Assembly (NCBI GenBank): GCA_037385645.1
Contig: JARRMU010000007.1
Coordinates: 8,040 to 72,039, forward strand
Reading direction: 5' to 3'
From: Gemmatimonadales bacterium
GTDB lineage: Bacteria; Gemmatimonadota; Gemmatimonadetes; Palauibacterales; Palauibacteraceae
DNA: 64,000 nucleotides
Position 1 is the first letter of the stretch. Every line of letters starts with the position of its first letter. The translations under genes and the position numbers were made by a program. The notes beneath the pieces are model-generated. The model did not search any database, was not told the DNA's origin, and saw nothing but the letters and a program-made list of their open reading frames with translations. Of the stretch, positions 25,832-35,278 are shown one piece after another.

Positions 25832-28800
25832 TCAGAGCATCTCCTTGAAGCTTCTTGCGAGCATGTATTTGAGCCCGCCGTAGGCGGGCAGGTACTCCTC
25901 GAGCTCCTCGAGAGAATCCACCCAGGTAGCCGTACCGAGGAGGCTCAGATAGTCGATGAGCCCATAGATCACAGCCCCGCCCTCGACCGTGAGCATCACC
26001 TCTCCGTCCATCAACATCGAGCGGTAATTCTGATTGTAGGATCCGACCATCAGGTAGGCCACGAACTTCTCCAGCGTCTCCGGCGGCGTCTCCTCCATGA
26101 CCGCTTGTTGTACCATGAGCTGGATGGGAACCCCATCGGAGAGGGACGGGTCGTCGCCGTTTTGTTGGGGCGGCTCTATCCGCCTCATCATCTGCCGGAT
26201 AAAGGAATCGACGAGCAGGCCCAGTTCCGGTCGCTCCGTGATCGCCCGCCACGCCTCCGCGGAGGCGAGAAAATGCGTCTTGGCGTGCAGCTTGGGCGTT
26301 CCCTTCGCGTTCCCGTCCGCATCCGACCCGCCGGCCGGGGCCCCGATCATGCGCTCGCTACGCGCCGACCACGCGACCGTCGATTGAAGTCCCACGACAT
26401 CCCGCAAGAAGGGCTCGGTGGAGAAGCCCTTCTCGATCACTCTCATCCTGGCCGGTATATCAGCGGCATTCACGTCGAGGGCATAGAGGCCTGTCTTGAG
26501 CATGCCTCCGGCCGTGCGGATCTGGGGCTCCAGAGCCCTCTGGATCAAGATGAGACGAGCGAACAGCTCCTGCGCGCGCGACATCTGAGCGAACCGGTTG
26601 CTGGGCGCGTTGTCGAGTGCCGGGGCGACGATCATCACGCGACCACCCCGCAGGCAGTTGCCCACGAGCCACGCAGCGAGAATCGGAGCATTCCACAGGG
26701 AATCCGGGATGATCAGCACCGAGCCGGGCGGCATCAGGGTGTAGAGTGTCGCCTTGAGGACGTTGATCAGCTTCGGTCCATATCCCGTGTCGTTATGAAG
26801 CTCGAGCGCGTGCGAGATGGCGCGCCCGCTCTCCACCTCGGCCCGGACGATCTCGTCGTAGTTTGCCGGTTTCGGCCGCGGGCGCAGCGGGAAGGGGATC
26901 TCCTCTTCGGAGAAGCCCTGCTGACGCAGCAGCTCTCTCGCGGCATCCTTGATCGACAGCGCGGCCGGTCCCTGCAGAAGGATCCCGCGGTCCTCCCAGC
27001 CCGGTCCGGAGTAGTGTTCACCGATTCCCATCCCGCCGTAGACCACCATGCCGCGGTAGGGGTCCTCCTCGGTGATGTCGTAGAAGGCCAGCTTTCGGTG
27101 ATCGCGCATCACGTTGTCCGGCCACCTGACTGCCGGCAGTACCTGGTTCGACCAATAGGTGGGGTCGGCCGGGTTCGTGATGCTCACGTGAACCTTGACC
27201 CGGTTCTCGAGCCACTTCTCGCCGTACCGCAAGGCCCGCTCCTGAAGGAGCCGTGAACGGGCCACGGCCTCTCGCAAGTTCGCTTGGGCCACCTCGATCG
27301 AGTCGGCCATGTAGGCGAAGTCGTCCGGAAGACTCAACCTGTAGTTCATGGGGTCTTCGAGGAGCTTCATCCACGGCCGCGCCTTGTTGTCCTCGAAGCG
27401 ATGCTGGTCGAAGAAGACGAGATGCACCGGCATCTTCATCGTCCTGTCGTACCGACGCACACCCTCGATCAAGGCGCGGAGATACCCCTGCACCACCGTG
27501 TGGAACGTGACCGCGTCCGGATCTCCGTTCTCGTTCCGACCCTGGATGTCATGGATCCACAGGACGCTGTAATCTTCGGCACGACGGATGATCGCGCCGA
27601 TCTCCTGGTGGAACTCTCGGTTGTCGACGTACCAGACCCGGTTGCCGTCCACGAACGGCTTGCCGACCGCGCGTTCCACGATGGCGTTCAGCTCCGACTG
27701 CGTATCGTGCTGTTCGGGAAGAAGCGCGTACTGAAGCGGAATCCAGACCAGCCTTGGACTGCCCCACCTCTCCCGAGAGAGCTTCCGGTTCTCCTCCACG
27801 ATCTCGGCCAGACGTCGAAAGACATACGAGACCACATCCAGCCGTTCCGGTGCCACGAGGCCGGAAGTGCCGACCCAGCTCCTGAAAGCCGCGTCGGCTT
27901 CCCGGGCCAGCCCGAGCGCCGAGTCGTTCTTCTTTCTCAGGCCGAGAAGCCGGTTGTAGGGGAAGATCACGTAGTCGAGGAGCATCTCCTTCGCCTGCGC
28001 CGCCACCCTGCGGCCCTCGGCGGTACTGCTGCCGATCGGGAGAGCGAGACCGGAGGCCGCCACGGAGAAGGCCCGCTCCAGCTCGGCGTGATAGGCCCGC
28101 ACCTCCGCCTGTGCGGTGAGACCGGTCGGGAACAGGGCCGTCCGGGAGGCGAAGTGCGCCTCGAGCTCTCCGAGCCATGTCTCGAAGCTGGCCAACGCCT
28201 CTTCTGGGTCGCCGCCTCCCTGATCGATGAACGGCGTCGTGAGCCGGTTCACCCAGCCCGCCGTTTCGGCGACGTTGTCGAGGGCGTCCTCGAGCGCAGG
28301 CTCATCGCTTGGCGAGGGCATGTGCTCGAGTCGGTCGTCGGGCAGACTGGCATGGGCCTTCCGCGCTCTGGTGTCGCCGAGCGCCCCCTGGCCCAATGGC
28401 ACCGTCAGCCCAAAGCTGACGGTCTGTCCTCTCCAGGGAAGCCAGTTCAGTCGGAAGCGGCTTCCGTTTCCGATGATTCCGCTCCGCCGCAGCGGAGCGG
28501 AGAAGCGGACGAGGAAGTCGAGCGATGTGTCTCGAAAGTTGTAGTCGGCGCCGAATCCGAGCCGGACGATGGGTATCGCCACGAGGGCACGCAGTCCACC
28601 GTCCGGACCCGACTCCCGGGCACCGACGTACCCTTCGCCCTGTAGACCGGGCGCGCCGATCGTCGGGTTGAAGAGGTCCTTGAAGACCCCGACATCCATC
28701 AGGACGCCGAACTGCGCATCGTCGCTGGGGCGATAGGCGCCGGCTTCCCACCCAAGGTACGGCTTCCAGATAAGCGGGAGTCCCATCGACTTGGTGAGCC

Positions 28801-28888
28801 CGCCGGCGTCGGGATCGCCGGAGACCTGCGCGGCCAGACCCGCCGGCGAAGCGAGAACGATCGCGAGAGTCAGAAGCGACACCCGCAT
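25832..28888 (-). CDS. Large exported protein of unknown function (1018 aa), translationally coupled to the upstream YbdK-like ligase
   Basis: Signal peptide [22 protein letters not shown]-terminal ~150 aa with beta-strand amphipathic pattern; the remainder is a mixed alpha/beta domain with no motif I can assign confidently. Start ATG overlaps the ligase stop (ATGA at 28886-28889). Confidence 0.7.
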   Translation of the reverse strand: MRVSLLTLAIVLASPAGLAAQVSGDPDAGGLTKSMGLPLIWKPYLGWEAGAYRPSDDAQFGVLMDVGVFKDLFNPTIGAPGLQGEGYVGARESGPDGGLRALVAIPIVRLGFGADYNFRDTSLDFLVRFSAPLRRSGIIGNGSRFRLNWLPWRGQTVSFGLTVPLGQGALGDTRARKAHASLPDDRLEHMPSPSDEPALEDALDNVAETAGWVNRLTTPFIDQGGGDPEEALASFETWLGELEAHFASRTALFPTGLTAQAEVRAYHAELERAFSVAASGLALPIGSSTAEGRRVAAQAKEMLLDYVIFPYNRLLGLRKKNDSALGLAREADAAFRSWVGTSGLVAPERLDVVSYVFRRLAEIVEENRKLSRERWGSPRLVWIPLQYALLPEQHDTQSELNAIVERAVGKPFVDGNRVWYVDNREFHQEIGAIIRRAEDYSVLWIHDIQGRNENGDPDAVTFHTVVQGYLRALIEGVRRYDRTMKMPVHLVFFDQHRFEDNKARPWMKLLEDPMNYRLSLPDDFAYMADSIEVAQANLREAVARSRLLQERALRYGEKWLENRVKVHVSITNPADPTYWSNQVLPAVRWPDNVMRDHRKLAFYDITEEDPYRGMVVYGGMGIGEHYSGPGWEDRGILLQGPAALSIKDAARELLRQQGFSEEEIPFPLRPRPKPANYDEIVRAEVESGRAISHALELHNDTGYGPKLINVLKATLYTLMPPGSVLIIPDSLWNAPILAAWLVGNCLRGGRVMIVAPALDNAPSNRFAQMSRAQELFARLILIQRALEPQIRTAGGMLKTGLYALDVNAADIPARMRVIEKGFSTEPFLRDVVGLQSTVAWSARSERMIGAPAGGSDADGNAKGTPKLHAKTHFLASAEAWRAITERPELGLLVDSFIRQMMRRIEPPQQNGDDPSLSDGVPIQLMVQQAVMEETPPETLEKFVAYLMVGSYNQNYRSMLMDGEVMLTVEGGAVIYGLIDYLSLLGTATWVDSLEELEEYLPAYGGLKYMLARSFKEML

Positions 28889-30000
28889 CAGTCGACGATC
28901 CCTTCAGCCGTCTCCGCGATCAGGCTGTCCACGACGGCCTTGAGGTCGCCGGTCTGCTCGAACACACGCAGCTGACGCTCGGCGCTCGATCCCTCCTCCA
29001 GGATCTGGAAGGCGTACTCGACCTCGTTGCGGCTGCCCAACTCGTCGAGCACATCGTCCAGAAACCACTCGATCATCTCGCGGATGAGATCACGGGCCGG
29101 AAGCTCCGCCTGCTTTCCGAAGTCGATCAGCTCGCCCTCTACGCCATAGCGGGCGGCGCGCCACTTGTTCTCGGCGATGAGCTCGGCGGGATAGAGACGG
29201 AACGTCATGTTGTCGCGACGCAGCTTCCAGAGCTTGGCCACGATCGCCTGGAAGATCGCGGCGATGCAGATGACTTCGTCGACGCGGGTGCAGATGTCGG
29301 TAATGCGGAACTCGAGTGTCGGGTAGACCCAATGCGGCCGGACGTCCCACCAGATCTTCGTTCCATCGGGGATCGAGCCCGCACGCACCAACGTCTCGAC
29401 CATGTACTCGAATTCACCCCAGCTCGAGAACTCGCGCGGGATCCCCGTTCGCGGAAAGGCGCGCCAGGTGACGGTTCGGTAGGACCTGAGCCCGGTGTTC
29501 CGGCCCATCCAGAACGGCGAGCTGGTGGAGAGCGCCAGAACGTGCGGGAGGAAGTAACGGGCGACGTTCATGGCGTCGATCAGGAACTCGCGGTCCTCTA
29601 TCCCGACATGGACGTGCATACCGAAGATGAGGTTCTTCTTGGCGATGTCACGGAGGTCCTCGTAGATCCCCAGGTAACGCTCCAGCGGCGTGATCTCCTG
29701 TTCCAGCCAGGAGGAGAAGGGATGGGTGCCGGCGGCCGCGATCCTCAGTCCGCTCTCCGCCACCTTCTCCGAGACGAGGCGTCGCAAACGCACCACCTCT
29801 TCCCTGGCCTCGGCCACGCTCTGGCAGACCTTGCTACCGACCTCGACGACGGACTGGTGCAGCTCCGGCTTCATCTGCTCTCGAAGGACGACCTGGTCCG
29901 AATCGAGGATCTCGGTGATGTAGGAGGCGAGCTCCCGGGTCTCCGGGTCGATGACCTGGTACTCCTCCTCGATCCCGATCGTGAGTGACGGTTTCTTCAT
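28888..30000 (-). CDS. Carboxylate-amine ligase, YbdK / glutamate-cysteine ligase family 2 (GCS2)
   Basis: 370 aa. N-terminal [19 protein letters not shown] and conserved blocks ([24 protein letters not shown]) match the YbdK/GCS2 family. Confidence 0.85.
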   Translation of the reverse strand: MKKPSLTIGIEEEYQVIDPETRELASYITEILDSDQVVLREQMKPELHQSVVEVGSKVCQSVAEAREEVVRLRRLVSEKVAESGLRIAAAGTHPFSSWLEQEITPLERYLGIYEDLRDIAKKNLIFGMHVHVGIEDREFLIDAMNVARYFLPHVLALSTSSPFWMGRNTGLRSYRTVTWRAFPRTGIPREFSSWGEFEYMVETLVRAGSIPDGTKIWWDVRPHWVYPTLEFRITDICTRVDEVICIAAIFQAIVAKLWKLRRDNMTFRLYPAELIAENKWRAARYGVEGELIDFGKQAELPARDLIREMIEWFLDDVLDELGSRNEVEYAFQILEEGSSAERQLRVFEQTGDLKAVVDSLIAETAEGIVD

Positions 30001-30210
30001 CGGATCACCGTATCTCTGGGCTATAACGTCGGCAAGCCGCCAGCCTCTTCCTGCTCCCAGCGGACTCTCGCGACTCCTGATGCGAGCTAGTGCGAGGGTC
30101 GGGGGCCATTCCTACATTGGCCCCTCGGTGGCACCCCCGCTCGCCCGATTCCTGACGGGTCGCGACGAACGGCGGCGTTGGCGCACAGTGTTTCCTCGAC
30201 GGAGGTAATC

Positions 30211-31011
30211 ATGAGAGTTCACAGGCTCTGGCTTGCCGGCCTTGCGGCTCTGCTCCTGCCGACGGCAGCGGCGGCGCAGGAGGACGAAGGGCCGCAGATG
30301 TTCTTCGTCCATCAGGAGGTCGTGAAGCCGTCGATGATCGCCGAGTACGAAGCGGCGGCGGCCGATTGGATGAAGCTGTTGAGCGGCAGCACGGAGGCGA
30401 AGGGCAAGATCGCCTACTACGCGTACTCCGGCCCACAGATTGGCTTCGTGTACGTCGTGCCGATCGACGACTTCAGCCATTTCTCGGAGATGGGGGACGC
30501 CTTCGACGCCGTGGCCGACGAGGTCGGCGCACCGTGGGAGGAGGCCGGGAATCGATCGGATATGGCGGCGGATCACTTCGAGAGCGGCTTCTACGTGCAC
30601 AGGCCCGACCTCTCCTACGAGCCGGCGAATCCCCGCCTGGGCGATGACGAGGTCAAGATGGTCCACTGGGACTTCTGGTATGCGCTGCCCGATAAGACCG
30701 ACGATCTGGAGGCGGTGGCCAAGGAGTTCGTCGAGCTCTATACGTCGGAGAGCCTCGATACCGGCTGGAATGTCTACCAGGCGATCACGGGTGGCGACCT
30801 GCCGCTCTACGTCGTCGCGGTGCAGGCTCGGGATGAGGCCGATTTCTACGCGAACGAGGCGCGGCTGAACGAGCTCGTCGGCGCCGAGGCACAGAAGCTG
30901 GGGATGAAGGCGTTGAAGGCGGCGCGACGAGTCGAGCCGTTTATCGGCTGGTACCGGCCGGATCTTTCCTACCCGCAGGCGACGGAGATGGCGACGGAGG
31001 GTGGCGAATGA
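30211..31011 (+). CDS. Exported hypothetical protein
   Basis: ATG at 30211 with GGAGG 6 nt upstream. Signal peptide MRVHRLWLAGLAALLLPTAAAAQ. No recognisable domain. Confidence 0.55.
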   Translation: MRVHRLWLAGLAALLLPTAAAAQEDEGPQMFFVHQEVVKPSMIAEYEAAAADWMKLLSGSTEAKGKIAYYAYSGPQIGFVYVVPIDDFSHFSEMGDAFDAVADEVGAPWEEAGNRSDMAADHFESGFYVHRPDLSYEPANPRLGDDEVKMVHWDFWYALPDKTDDLEAVAKEFVELYTSESLDTGWNVYQAITGGDLPLYVVAVQARDEADFYANEARLNELVGAEAQKLGMKALKAARRVEPFIGWYRPDLSYPQATEMATEGGE

Positions 31012-31313
31012 TGCTCGGTTGGCTGGGCGCGTTCTGCCTGTTTTGGGTGGTTTCCTCGCTCTACCTGGGCGGAATGGACGTGGAGCTGGAGGGGGGCTCC
31101 GGCTTCCGTCAGCTTCTGGGGCTGCTGGTCATGAACGTGCTCTTCCTGGTTGCCTGGCGGGCTCTGGCCGCCGCGATTGGGGGTCTGGGTGGTGTGCCTG
31201 GCGTGGTTCTGCCATACCTGGCCACTGTCCTGCTCGTGCCGTTGCTTGCGAGGGGGGCGTTCGGCGTGATGGGGGTCAAGCTCAGCCGAGGGGGCGGCGC
31301 CCACGCCCACTAG
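31008..31313 (+). CDS. Small integral membrane protein (hypothetical)
   Basis: 101 aa, three hydrophobic helices. ATGA overlap with the upstream gene. Confidence 0.45.
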   Translation: MMLGWLGAFCLFWVVSSLYLGGMDVELEGGSGFRQLLGLLVMNVLFLVAWRALAAAIGGLGGVPGVVLPYLATVLLVPLLARGAFGVMGVKLSRGGGAHAH

Positions 31314-31945
31314 CGGGGAGACTCGTGGGGGTCGGGATCCGGCGGTGGCTGGCCGTCCGGTCCCGGCTCCTCGCCCCAGGGCCGGATGAAGTCCTCGGCC
31401 TCCACGCCGAGGCCGTCCGCGATTCGCGTGATGTAGTTGAAGTAGGCGATCACCTGAGCCGCGTCGTGGATCCCGGTGTCGTCGAATCCGTGGGTTCGGA
31501 GCCGCTCAAGATCCGCGGGTGACATCTCCTGTTGGCGGTGCGTGAGCTTCTCGGCGAACTCGCACAGCGCCCGGTCGGCGGTGGGGAGCTCCGCCTCCCG
31601 CCAGTTCCGCGCGACATCGTGGACGAATCTGTCGGCTTCCTCTTCGGTCTCGAAGTGCCCGGCGACCTCGGCCCGGAGGTCGTGCGCGTGCGCCTGCGTT
31701 CAGTAGTGGCAGTCGAGCTCGGCCGAGACCACGGTGGCGAGGAGCTCGCGCTGGGCGCGCGACAGGGGTGAGCGACCGAACATCAGCGCGCCGTAGAAAC
31801 CGATGCCTTCCTTCAGCACCCGCGGGTTCAAGCTCATGATGTGGACGATCTTCCACACCCGCCCCGCACGCTCGAGCGCCTTGTCGAACTCCTGCTTCAG
31901 CAGTCCGGTGGCCTCATCGATCGGTATCTGGCGGATCCAGGGCAT
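31310..31945 (-). CDS. AhpD-like (carboxymuconolactone decarboxylase family, peroxidase-related) selenoprotein; in-frame TGA (Sec) at 31700-31702
   Basis: Track ORFs 31700..32188 and 31310..31525 are in the same frame (177 nt apart), separated only by TGA. Read-through gives ...RELLATVVSAELDCHY-U-TQAHAHDLRAEV..., i.e. Cys-x-x-Sec-x-x-x-His at the AhpD catalytic Cys-x-x-Cys-x-x-x-His position. Start placed at MPWIRQIPIDEATGLLKQEF (31945). Confidence 0.7.
31663..31682 (-). other. Candidate bacterial SECIS hairpin ~18 nt downstream of the UGA
   Basis: mRNA reads UGA-ACGCAGGCGCACGCGCA-CGACCUC-CGGGCC-GAGGUCG: a perfect 7-bp stem with a 6-nt G-rich loop. Confidence 0.4.
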
Positions 31946-32068
31946 TCCTTCGCTCCCTCCTGGTCGAGACCTGGGCACGAGGCGGTCGTTGACCAAAGAT
32001 GTCATGGCCCGCCGAAGCCGCGCCAGTGCAAGTTGTTTGACTGTTGCCACATACGTTATGATCCGGCT

Positions 32069-33508
32069 GTGACGAACGGGACTTCCGACGCCGTGTGGGA
32101 GAAGCTTCCGCCGATCGTCGAGCCGGTTTTCGGCATCGATGAGCGGCCGGAGAGCTGGTGGGAGACGCTGCTCTACGGTTGGCAGCACACGCTTGTGGAC
32201 ATCTCGCCCTTCGTGCTCCCACTCGCGGTCGCCGCCGCGATCGGGATGTCTCCCGACGATGAGGCGTCGCTCATCAACTTCGGCCTCTTCTCCATGGGCG
32301 TGGCGACCCTCATCCAGACGACGATCGGCAACCGCCTCCCGATCATCCAGGGACCGTCGGCCACGCTGACCGGAACCCTGGCTCCGGTCGCCTCACAGCT
32401 CGGTCCGGGTGCGATGTGGGGCGCTGCCTTCGCGGGCGGCTTGGCGGAGATGGCATTCGGTGCCACCCGCGCGCTCACTCTGCTCCGGCGGTTCTTTCCT
32501 CCCGCCGTGGCGGGAGTGGTGGTGCTGACGATCGCCCTCGCCCTCGGCCAGGTAGCCGTTCGCCTTATGGTCGGAGACGGTCAGGCTCTGAACTTCGTGC
32601 TGGCCGCCGCGGTGCTGGCTCTCGTGGCGCTCCTCCAGCTGCGCCTCAAGAACGTCTGGGGCGGAATCCTGTCTCGCGGAGCGATCTTCGTCTCGATCTG
32701 GGTGGTGGGGATCGGTCTCGCCGGCCTGCTCGGAAAGGTCGACTGGGCCCTGGTCGGGGCCAAGGAGTGGATCGCCTGGCCGGACCTGTTCCCCTGGGGA
32801 GGCCCGGGTTTCGGTTGGAGCTTCGTCGGCGCGGCGTTTCTGGCTGTCGTGGCCGGATACTTCGGGTCGATGGTAGAGTCGCTGGGCGACTACGCGGCGA
32901 CCTGCGCGGTGGCCGGAGAGCGCTACACGGTGCGCCACATGAACCGCGGCATATTCGCCGAGGGTCTCGGCAGCGCGCTGGCCACAGTGCTCGGCGGTCT
33001 GCCCTGCACGAGCTACACGCAGAACGTCGGCATCATTGCGACGACCCGGGTGGCCAGCCGCACGGTCGTGCGCGTCGCGGCGTTGATCCTCGCTCTGTAC
33101 GGCCTCAGCCCCAAGTTCGGAGCGCTCCTCGTGGCCATGCCGCGACCCGTGCTCGGGGGCGTCTTCGTGCTGGTATGCGGGATGATCGCGGTTTCCGGGA
33201 TCCGGCTCCTCGGAGCGGCGAAGCAGACGACGACCAACTACCTCGTCAGCGGCCTCACGCTCGTGCTGGCGATCGGCCTGCCGACGTACGTCCGGTACGG
33301 TCTCGGGGAGCCGTGGCTGCAGGAGCTTCCGCTGCTGCTTCGGCTCGTCCTCACCAATCCTGTCGTGCTCGCCGTGCTGGCGGCCGTCGGCCTCAACGCG
33401 CTGACCTCCCTGGCCGCCACGCCCGACGTCGAGCCGGCCGGGGGAGGGGAGGAGGAGACGGGCCAGGCCGACAGCCGGACCGATGCGGAAGGGCCGTCCG
33501 AGGATTAG
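32069..33508 (+). CDS. Nucleobase:cation symporter-2 (NCS2) family permease (xanthine/uracil/purine permease-like)
   Basis: GTG at 32069 (track ORF begins earlier in non-coding-looking sequence). NCS2 blocks QHTLVDISPFVLPLAVAAAIG, GNRLPIIQGPSATL; 12+ TM. Confidence 0.8.
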   Translation: MTNGTSDAVWEKLPPIVEPVFGIDERPESWWETLLYGWQHTLVDISPFVLPLAVAAAIGMSPDDEASLINFGLFSMGVATLIQTTIGNRLPIIQGPSATLTGTLAPVASQLGPGAMWGAAFAGGLAEMAFGATRALTLLRRFFPPAVAGVVVLTIALALGQVAVRLMVGDGQALNFVLAAAVLALVALLQLRLKNVWGGILSRGAIFVSIWVVGIGLAGLLGKVDWALVGAKEWIAWPDLFPWGGPGFGWSFVGAAFLAVVAGYFGSMVESLGDYAATCAVAGERYTVRHMNRGIFAEGLGSALATVLGGLPCTSYTQNVGIIATTRVASRTVVRVAALILALYGLSPKFGALLVAMPRPVLGGVFVLVCGMIAVSGIRLLGAAKQTTTNYLVSGLTLVLAIGLPTYVRYGLGEPWLQELPLLLRLVLTNPVVLAVLAAVGLNALTSLAATPDVEPAGGGEEETGQADSRTDAEGPSED

Positions 33509-33948
33509 GTGACGAGCATCTCCTCGATCGCAGGACGGGGAAGGGCGCCGGTCCGGCGTTCCACCGGCTCACCGGCTCGGTAGAGAATGAGGGTGGGAAT
33601 CCCCTGGATTCCGAACCGACGCGCGATGTCGGGGTTGCGGTCCGTGTCCAGCTTTGCCACGAGCAGCTCGCCGGTGCGCTCCCTGGCGATGTCATCCAGG
33701 ATCGGCGCCATCATCTTGCAGGGGCCGCACCAGTCCGCGTAGAAATCGACCAGCACGGGGATCTCCGCGTCGGAGATCAGCTTGTCGAAGTCTTCGCCAT
33801 TCACCCGCACAGGCCGGTCGACGAGGATCGGCTTTCGGCACTTCCCGCAGATCGGGCGTCCCTCGGCTCCGAGGTCCAGGCGGTTCAGTGTGAGACAGAA
33901 AGGGCAGCGGAGGGTGACGTTGCCGGAGGCGGTCGTACTCTTGGACAT
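33505..33948 (-). CDS. trxC: Thioredoxin with N-terminal zinc-finger (Trx2/TrxC-type)
   Basis: 147 aa. N-terminal CPFC...CGKC zinc ribbon and WCGPC active site (FYADWCGPCKMMAPIL). Confidence 0.9.
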   Translation of the reverse strand: MSKSTTASGNVTLRCPFCLTLNRLDLGAEGRPICGKCRKPILVDRPVRVNGEDFDKLISDAEIPVLVDFYADWCGPCKMMAPILDDIARERTGELLVAKLDTDRNPDIARRFGIQGIPTLILYRAGEPVERRTGALPRPAIEEMLVT

Positions 33949-34087
33949 GCGCGCTCACTCCTTGAATGACCTCGGTACCAACTCTGTGGGATCTTCCCCT
34001 ACAACGGGTTGCGCCCGTTTCCCGACAGACTCGGATTGCCGGCCGTGATACCCTGATGTCGGACTGGGATCCCGAAACGGGGAGCAC

Positions 34088-35248
34088 ATGCGAGAGATTT
34101 GCGGAGGCCGCCTCGAGCGCCCGCTCGCGCTGATCGGCTTACTGGGGTTGTTGGCGTGCCGCTGGCCATCCGATCTGTCCGCCCAGGTCGAGTCGACGGG
34201 CGAACAGTTGTACGGCATCGGCTGTGCGAGTTGCCACGGGCAGGATGGGCGCGGAGCCGAGCCCGACAAAGTCGCCTTCGACGTCACCCTGCCGGACTTC
34301 TCGGACTGCAGCTTCGCTTCGCGTGAGCCCGACGCCGACTGGATCGCGGTGGCGCATCAGGGCGGACCGGTGCGCGGCTTCGACCGAACGATGCCCGCCT
34401 TCGGCGAGGCATTCTCGGAGGAGCAGCTGCAGGAGATCGTCGACCATGTCCGGAGCTTCTGTGGCGATCCGAAATGGCCCCGCGGGGAACTGAACTTCCC
34501 GCGGGCCCTGGTCACCGAGAAGGCCTTTCCGGAGGACGAGTTGGTCTACGAGCTGGGGGTGCGGACCGAGGGGCCGGGTGCCGTCGGGAATGCGTTCGTC
34601 TACGAGCGTCGTTTGGGCTCCAAAAGCCAGATCGAGGCCAAACTGCGCTTCGGCTTCCAGGACGTGATGCCCCGCGATCCCGAAGCCATCCCGGCGGACT
34701 CGGCCGCGACGGACTGGAGGGCCGGGCTGGGCGATGTGGAGCTCGCCTTCAAGCATGCCTTCCTACATAGCCTTGAGAGCGGCACGATCGTTAGCGGAGC
34801 GTTGGCCGTGCAATTGCCGACGGGCACCACGAGCAACGGGTTCGGCGCCGGGACGACCCTGTTCGAGCCCTTCCTGTCCTTCGGTCAGGTGCTGCCGGCG
34901 GAGGCCTTCCTTCAGGGGCAGGGTGGCTTCGAGATCTCGACGAACACCGAAAAGGCATCGAGCGAGGCGTTCTGGAGAGCGGCCTTCGGCCGGAGTTGGA
35001 TGCAGGGTGGCTGGGGCAGAGCGTGGACGCCGATGGTGGAGCTCCTCGGGAGCGCCGAGCTGGAGAGCGGTGGTACCACCCAGTGGTCCCTGGTGCCCCA
35101 GCTCCAGGTCACGCTCAGCAGGCGACAACACATCATCGCGAACATCGGTGTCGGCCTCCCGCTCGACGACACGGAGGTCCGTCGCCCCGAGATCCTCTTC
35201 TACTTGCTGTGGGAGTGGTTCGACGGCGGCTTCTTCGCAGGATGGTAG
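34088..35248 (+). CDS. Mono-heme c-type cytochrome fused to an outer-membrane MetA/phenol-degradation-like beta-barrel domain
   Basis: 386 aa. Signal peptide; heme motif CASCHG with downstream Met (FDRTMPAF). The C-terminal ~270 aa have beta-strand periodicity and end ...FDGGFFAGW, typical of OM barrels. Confidence 0.65.
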   Translation: MREICGGRLERPLALIGLLGLLACRWPSDLSAQVESTGEQLYGIGCASCHGQDGRGAEPDKVAFDVTLPDFSDCSFASREPDADWIAVAHQGGPVRGFDRTMPAFGEAFSEEQLQEIVDHVRSFCGDPKWPRGELNFPRALVTEKAFPEDELVYELGVRTEGPGAVGNAFVYERRLGSKSQIEAKLRFGFQDVMPRDPEAIPADSAATDWRAGLGDVELAFKHAFLHSLESGTIVSGALAVQLPTGTTSNGFGAGTTLFEPFLSFGQVLPAEAFLQGQGGFEISTNTEKASSEAFWRAAFGRSWMQGGWGRAWTPMVELLGSAELESGGTTQWSLVPQLQVTLSRRQHIIANIGVGLPLDDTEVRRPEILFYLLWEWFDGGFFAGW

Positions 35249-35278
35249 GGACATGATGACAGCAGATAGGAGCGTCGG

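Noticed and set aside
26105-28645. Two long plus-strand ORFs (383 and 453 aa)
   Set aside because: Antisense to the 1018-aa exported protein. Arg-rich junk translation.
25832-28888. Possible phospholipase-D HKD motif (HAKTHF ... GSYN) in the 1018-aa protein
   Set aside because: Spacing between HxK and GSxN is ~80 aa, not the canonical HxK(x)4D(x)6GSxN, and no Asp is at the +7 position. Left as unknown function.
32416-33969. 517-aa plus-strand ORF
   Set aside because: Out-of-frame overlap of the NCS2 permease. Arg/Gly-rich.
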